Shown: in pieces, positions 59,834 through 64,000 of the stretch
How positions within the stretch are numbered: position 1 is the stretch's first letter
Layout: every line of letters starts with the position of its first letter
DNA from: an uncultured Acidimicrobiia bacterium
GTDB lineage: Bacteria > Actinomycetota > Acidimicrobiia > Spongiisociales > ZC4RG35
Length of the DNA: 64,000 bases
Direction: 5' to 3'
NCBI GenBank assembly: GCA_963761985.1
Contig: CAVXIT010000003.1
Coordinates: 280,342 to 344,341, forward strand
Program-made: the position numbers and the translations under genes
Notes under the pieces: generated by a model
Told to the model about the DNA's origin: nothing
Database searches by the model: none
Seen by the model: only the letters and a program-made list of their open reading frames with translations

Positions 59834-61143
59834 TGGCCCATGAGTTCCGCTTGCCCGACATTGGTGAGGGTCTGACCGAGGCCGAGGTCGTTCGTTGGAT
59901 CGTTCCAGTCGGAGGCGTCGTCAAAGTCGACGAGCCGGTAGTCGAGGTGGAAACTGACAAAGCCGTAGTCGATATCCCGAGCCCCTACGCAGGCACCGTC
60001 CTGCATCACGGTGCCGCTGAGGGGGAAACGGTTCTTGTCGGCAACGTCCTCATGGTTATCGGCGAGGCAGGCGAATCCTGGCCTCCGGAAGATTCGACGA
60101 CAGCTGATTCAGAGACCGAAGCCTGGCTCGATCAGGTCGACGAGGAGATGGCGACCGACGAGGGGATGCCCGAAGCGCCCAAAGACCAGGCGGCGCCGAT
60201 TGTCGGCAGCATCAGCGACGAGGCCGAGCAGCTCGGTACTGGGCGCCGCAAGGGGAAGACCGAGAAAGCGCTCGGGTCGGTGCGAGCCCTACCGCTCGTC
60301 CGGAAGCTGGCCAAGGACCTCGCTGTCGACTTATCCAAGGTGTCCGGCTCCGGGGCCGATGGCCGGATCACCCGCGAAGACGTAATTGCCGCGGCCGAGA
60401 AAAACGGCGGCACGGTCGAGCTGCCCGAGGCACCCGGATTGCCGCCGCTGCCGGTGGATCGCAAAGGCGAACGCAAGCCATTGTCGAAATTACGGCGAAC
60501 GATCGCCTCCAACATGAGCAAGTCCTGGAGCGAGATCCCCCATGTGACCACCTTCGATGAGGCTCCGGCTGCCCGGCTCCTGGCGGCGCGCAAAGCGCTC
60601 GAAACCCGCCACGGAGTCAAAATCCCGCTCGAAGCCCTGATCATCAAAGCGGTCTTGCCGGCGCTGATGGAATTCCCTGACTTCAACTCCTCGATCGATG
60701 GCGAAGACCTGGTGGTCTTTGGTCATTACGACGTTGGGATCGCAGTCGACACCCCGGATGGGCTGCTCGTCGGGGTGGTGAAGGCCGCAGACACGCGGAC
60801 ACTCCTCGAGACTGCGGCCGATGTCCGAAGGCTCGCTGAGGCGGCCAAGGAACGCAAGCTCAAACCAGCTGAGCTGACCGGCCAGACTTTCACTATCTCC
60901 AACATCGGGGCCCTGGGAGGCGGTTACGGCACCCCGATCGTCCCGCCGGGGACCACCGCCATCCTCTCGGTGGGTAGGGCAACCGAACGGCCGGTGGCCG
61001 ACGGCGGCAAAGTTTCGATCGCCCCGATGATGCCGCTCTCGCTCTCCTACGACCACCGGGTGATAGACGGTGGACAGGGCCGTCGCTTCATGGCGGAGGT
61101 GCTGGAAAACCTCGCCGAACCGGCCCTATTTTTGGCCTCCTGA
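59833..61143 (+). CDS. pdhC: Dihydrolipoamide acyltransferase E2
   Basis: Lipoyl motif ETDKA, peripheral-subunit-binding GSGADGRITREDV and catalytic DHRVIDG. Confidence 0.93.
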   Translation: MAHEFRLPDIGEGLTEAEVVRWIVPVGGVVKVDEPVVEVETDKAVVDIPSPYAGTVLHHGAAEGETVLVGNVLMVIGEAGESWPPEDSTTADSETEAWLDQVDEEMATDEGMPEAPKDQAAPIVGSISDEAEQLGTGRRKGKTEKALGSVRALPLVRKLAKDLAVDLSKVSGSGADGRITREDVIAAAEKNGGTVELPEAPGLPPLPVDRKGERKPLSKLRRTIASNMSKSWSEIPHVTTFDEAPAARLLAARKALETRHGVKIPLEALIIKAVLPALMEFPDFNSSIDGEDLVVFGHYDVGIAVDTPDGLLVGVVKAADTRTLLETAADVRRLAEAAKERKLKPAELTGQTFTISNIGALGGGYGTPIVPPGTTAILSVGRATERPVADGGKVSIAPMMPLSLSYDHRVIDGGQGRRFMAEVLENLAEPALFLAS

Positions 61144-61194
61144 CCCAGAAGAAACTCTTAACCCGGCCGCTGGTTTGGCCTAGTTTGTGGGCCC

Positions 61195-61551
61195 ATGGAG
61201 CACTACGAAGGCATGTTGCGCCTGGCGGGCGACTTCTCTCCTCCAATCAAGGTGACGATCGATCTCACCGACGACCAGGAGCTTCGAATCGCGACCCCAG
61301 ACATGGAAATCGGTGAATGGGATCTGTCCGAGGTGGCGATCAAGGCTCTCGACGATGGTTTCCACGTCCTCTCGGACGGCGAGGAGTTGGTGATCACGAC
61401 CTCCGACGATGCCGGCTTCGCCCTGGCCGTCGGGATCAGAAACGCACCGGTTCATCTGCGCAAGCAGATCTCAACGCTGATGCGAACAGACCCTCGTTTC
61501 CGGGTTGGAGCTTCTGACCCGGCTTTCCCCATGGAGGAAGAGCCGTCCTAA
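61195..61551 (+). CDS. Hypothetical protein (small beta-rich domain; apparent paralog of 13930..14250)
   Basis: Clean ATG ORF after a TAGTTT -10 element, filling the pdhC-aceB gap. Confidence 0.78.
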   Translation: MEHYEGMLRLAGDFSPPIKVTIDLTDDQELRIATPDMEIGEWDLSEVAIKALDDGFHVLSDGEELVITTSDDAGFALAVGIRNAPVHLRKQISTLMRTDPRFRVGASDPAFPMEEEPS

Positions 61552-61598
61552 CCGGCTCAGGCTGCCTAATTCCTGCTGCTGGTAGATAACCTCGGGCC

Positions 61599-63123
61599 AT
61601 GAGCGGCATCGAGGTCAGGGCAGGCGGGAGGGCCGACATCCTGACTCGGGAAGCGCTCGACTTCGTCGCTTCACTGGACCGGACATTCAGGGCAGAGAGA
61701 GCCAGGCGACTCTCTGACCGTCAAGAAAAGCAGCGCGAGCTGGACAGCGGCGGATCTTTCCGACTACTCCAGACTGCACCGGCGGATTGGACGATCGCTC
61801 CGGTCCCGTCCGACCTGATCGAGCGCAAGGTCGAGATCACCGGGCCCGTCGAGCAGAAAATGATGATCAACGCGCTCAACTCGGGCGCCTCGGTATTCAT
61901 GGCCGATTTCGAGGACGCGACCAGCCCGACTTGGCCCAATCTGATCGAGGGTCAAGCCAACGTCCTCGCGGCCTATCGGCGCGAGCTTCGTCTCGAGACC
62001 CCGGAGAAGTCCTATCGATTGAACGACGAGCTAGCGACCTTGATGGTCCGCCCCCGCGGCTGGCATCTGCCTGAGAAGCATCTGCTTGTCGACGAGCAGC
62101 CGGTCTCCGCCTCGCTCTTCGACTTCGGGCTCTACCTCTTTCACGGTGGTCGGGCGGCATTGGAGGCCGGAACCGGGCCCGTACTTCTACCTGCCCAAAC
62201 TCGAGAGCCACCTCGAGGCCCGTCTCTGGAACGACGTTTTCGCCTTCGCGCAAGAACGCTTGGGGATTCCAGCCGGAACCATCAAGGCGACGGTGCTCGT
62301 CGAAACCCTGCCAGCTGCGTTCGAAATGGACGAGATCCTGTACGAACTACGTGCGCATTCGGCCGGGCTCAACGCCGGGCGATGGGACTACATCTTCTCG
62401 ACCATCAAGAAGCTGCGGGCCCGGACCGACTTTGTGTTGCCAGATCGCTCGGCCGTGACGATGACCGTGCCGTTCATGAAGGCGTACACGACCCTGCAGG
62501 TACAGACCTGCCATCGCCGTGGTGCCCATGCGATCGGGGGCATGGCCGCATTCATTCCCAACCGGCGCGACGCCGAGGTCACCGAGCGAGCTTTGGCCAA
62601 GGTGCGGGAAGACAAGGAACGTGAAGCCCGGCTTGGTTGCGATGGAACCTGGGTGGCACATCCCGATCTCGTCCAAGTTGCGCGCGAGGTCTTCGACTCG
62701 GTGCTCGGCGATCGACCCAATCAACTCGAAGTTGTTCCGGACGGCGAGGTAACCGCTGACGATTTGCTCGACTTCCCCACCGGGCTGATCACCGAAAGAG
62801 GGCTGCGCCAGAACATTCGGGTTGGCCTCCACTATCTCGCCTCATGGCTCGGCGGTAATGGCGCGGCCGGGATTGACAACCTGATGGAGGATGTAGCCAC
62901 GGCCGAGATCTCGCGCAGCCAGATCTGGCAGTGGGTGCAACGTCAAGCCTCTACGGAGGAAGGCGATCTCATCGATCGGCCTATGGTCGAAAAGCTGGCA
63001 GGTGAGATCATGGCCGAATCAAACACCGATTTCGACGAGGCGTGGGATCTATTCGCCGAAGTCTCCCTCGGCGAGGAATTCATTGAGTTTCTAACTTTGC
63101 CCGCCTACGACCGTCTCGATTAG
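61599..63123 (+). pseudogene. aceB: Malate synthase A, split by a one-base frameshift at about 62173-62181; probably a sequencing error
   Basis: RKVEITGP, MADFED and VRPRGWHL in ORF 61599. [30 protein letters not shown] and [12 protein letters not shown] in ORF 62086. Confidence 0.92.
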
Positions 63124-63135
63124 GAGAGAACCGAA

Positions 63136-64000
63136 TTGTCCACGACCTACCAGCCAGAGATCGAGCAAATGGAGAAGAGCTGGAACGGAGACGCTCGCTG
63201 GAACGGCGTCGTCCGCAACTACTCGGCGGCGGACGTCGTCTCATTGCAGGGATCCCTCCGCGAGCAGCACACGCTCGCCCAGGCGATGGCACAGAAACTG
63301 TGGGGATTGCTCTCCGACAATGACTACATCAACGCTCTCGGGGCTCTTTCCGGCGGTCAAGCCGTGCAAATGGTGAAAGCCGGGTTGAAGGCGATCTATC
63401 TGTCCGGATGGCAGGTAGCCGGCGATGGCAACCTGGCCGAACAGGTCTATCCCGACCAATCCCTTTACCCCGCGAACTCGGCGCCGGCGTTGGTCCGTCG
63501 AATCAACAACGCACTGCGCCGAGCTGACCAGATCCATTGGGCGGAAGGAGACCACTCGATCGATTGGTACGTTCCGATCGTGGCCGACGCCGAGGCGGGA
63601 TTCGGTGGCGCCCTCAACGTTTTCGAATTGGTGAAGTCGTTCATCGATGCGGGTGCGGCGGGGGTGCACCTCGAGGACCAGCTGGCGGCGGAGAAAAAGT
63701 GCGGTCACATGGGGGGGAAGGTGCTCGTTCCGACCACCCAGCACATCAGGAGTTTGCAGGCCGCCCGCCTCGCGGCTGACGTGCTATCGGTGCCGACGAT
63801 CATCGTCGCCCGCACCGACGCCAACGGGGCGAATTTGCTGACGTCAGATGTCGACCCGGCCGACCAGGAGTTCTGCACCGGCGAGCGCACCGCCGAGGGC
63901 TTCTTCCGGGTGATGCCTGGCCTCGAGCAAGCAATCTCGCGGGCTAACAGTTACGCCCCCTACGCCGACCTGATCTGGTGCGAAACTGCTCGCCCCGACC
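63136..64000 (+). CDS. aceA: Isocitrate lyase (3'-truncated by window edge)
   Basis: TTG start after AGGAG. Manual translation gives [43 protein letters not shown] and ARTDA. Confidence 0.95.
   Translation, partial: MSTTYQPEIEQMEKSWNGDARWNGVVRNYSAADVVSLQGSLREQHTLAQAMAQKLWGLLSDNDYINALGALSGGQAVQMVKAGLKAIYLSGWQVAGDGNLAEQVYPDQSLYPANSAPALVRRINNALRRADQIHWAEGDHSIDWYVPIVADAEAGFGGALNVFELVKSFIDAGAAGVHLEDQLAAEKKCGHMGGKVLVPTTQHIRSLQAARLAADVLSVPTIIVARTDANGANLLTSDVDPADQEFCTGERTAEGFFRVMPGLEQAISRANSYAPYADLIWCETARPD

Noticed and set aside
182-63890. Many long overlapping or antisense ORFs in the six-frame track (e.g. 36497..37756, 33337..34464, 54138..55277, 43429..44580)
   Set aside because: These are shadow ORFs expected in high-GC DNA. 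They overlap well-supported genes and lack motifs.
1-64000. CRISPR arrays, tRNA/rRNA genes, IS transposases, integrases and prophage genes
   Set aside because: I saw no regularly spaced repeats, cloverleaf or rRNA signatures, or matching proteins. Almost all of the sequence is accounted for by CDS.

Overview
This is a GC-rich, very gene-dense bacterial chromosome segment, most likely from an actinobacterium (Acidimicrobiia-like; this is an inference from the Gram-positive-type LexA boxes, F420 genes, a DUF222-HNH gene, a mycothiol-dependent enzyme and pervasive leaderless TAnnnT promoters). It holds about 58 CDS. Housekeeping and metabolic genes include deoD, dapB, dapA, rnj, ftsK, a pdh/bkd E1a-E1b-E2 cluster, aceB, aceA, cofG, cofH and fahA. 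DNA-damage genes include imuA'-imuB and a separate dnaE2, each with its own LexA box, plus Fpg/Nei, Lhr and a DUF222-HNH gene. There are three ABC exporter genes. An uncharacterised four-gene block (43066-49333) has two dynamin-like GTPases converging on a metallopeptidase-vWA gene and a MoxR-type AAA+ gene. Main second-look items: (1) the AAA+ ATPase has reciprocally swapped Walker A/B residues (GKD / hhhhSE); (2) CofH carries what looks like a vestigial CofG barrel next to an intact cofG; (3) AroQ is fused to an alpha/beta-hydrolase; (4) an SLT-domain protein lacks its catalytic Glu; (5) a short palindromic repeat family occurs twice; (6) the HNH gene has a PafBC-like promoter and a terminal RGPP motif. 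Several single-base frameshifts suggest long-read or assembly errors. I found no rRNA, tRNA, CRISPR array or classical IS. All calls come from motif reading only, with no database searches.
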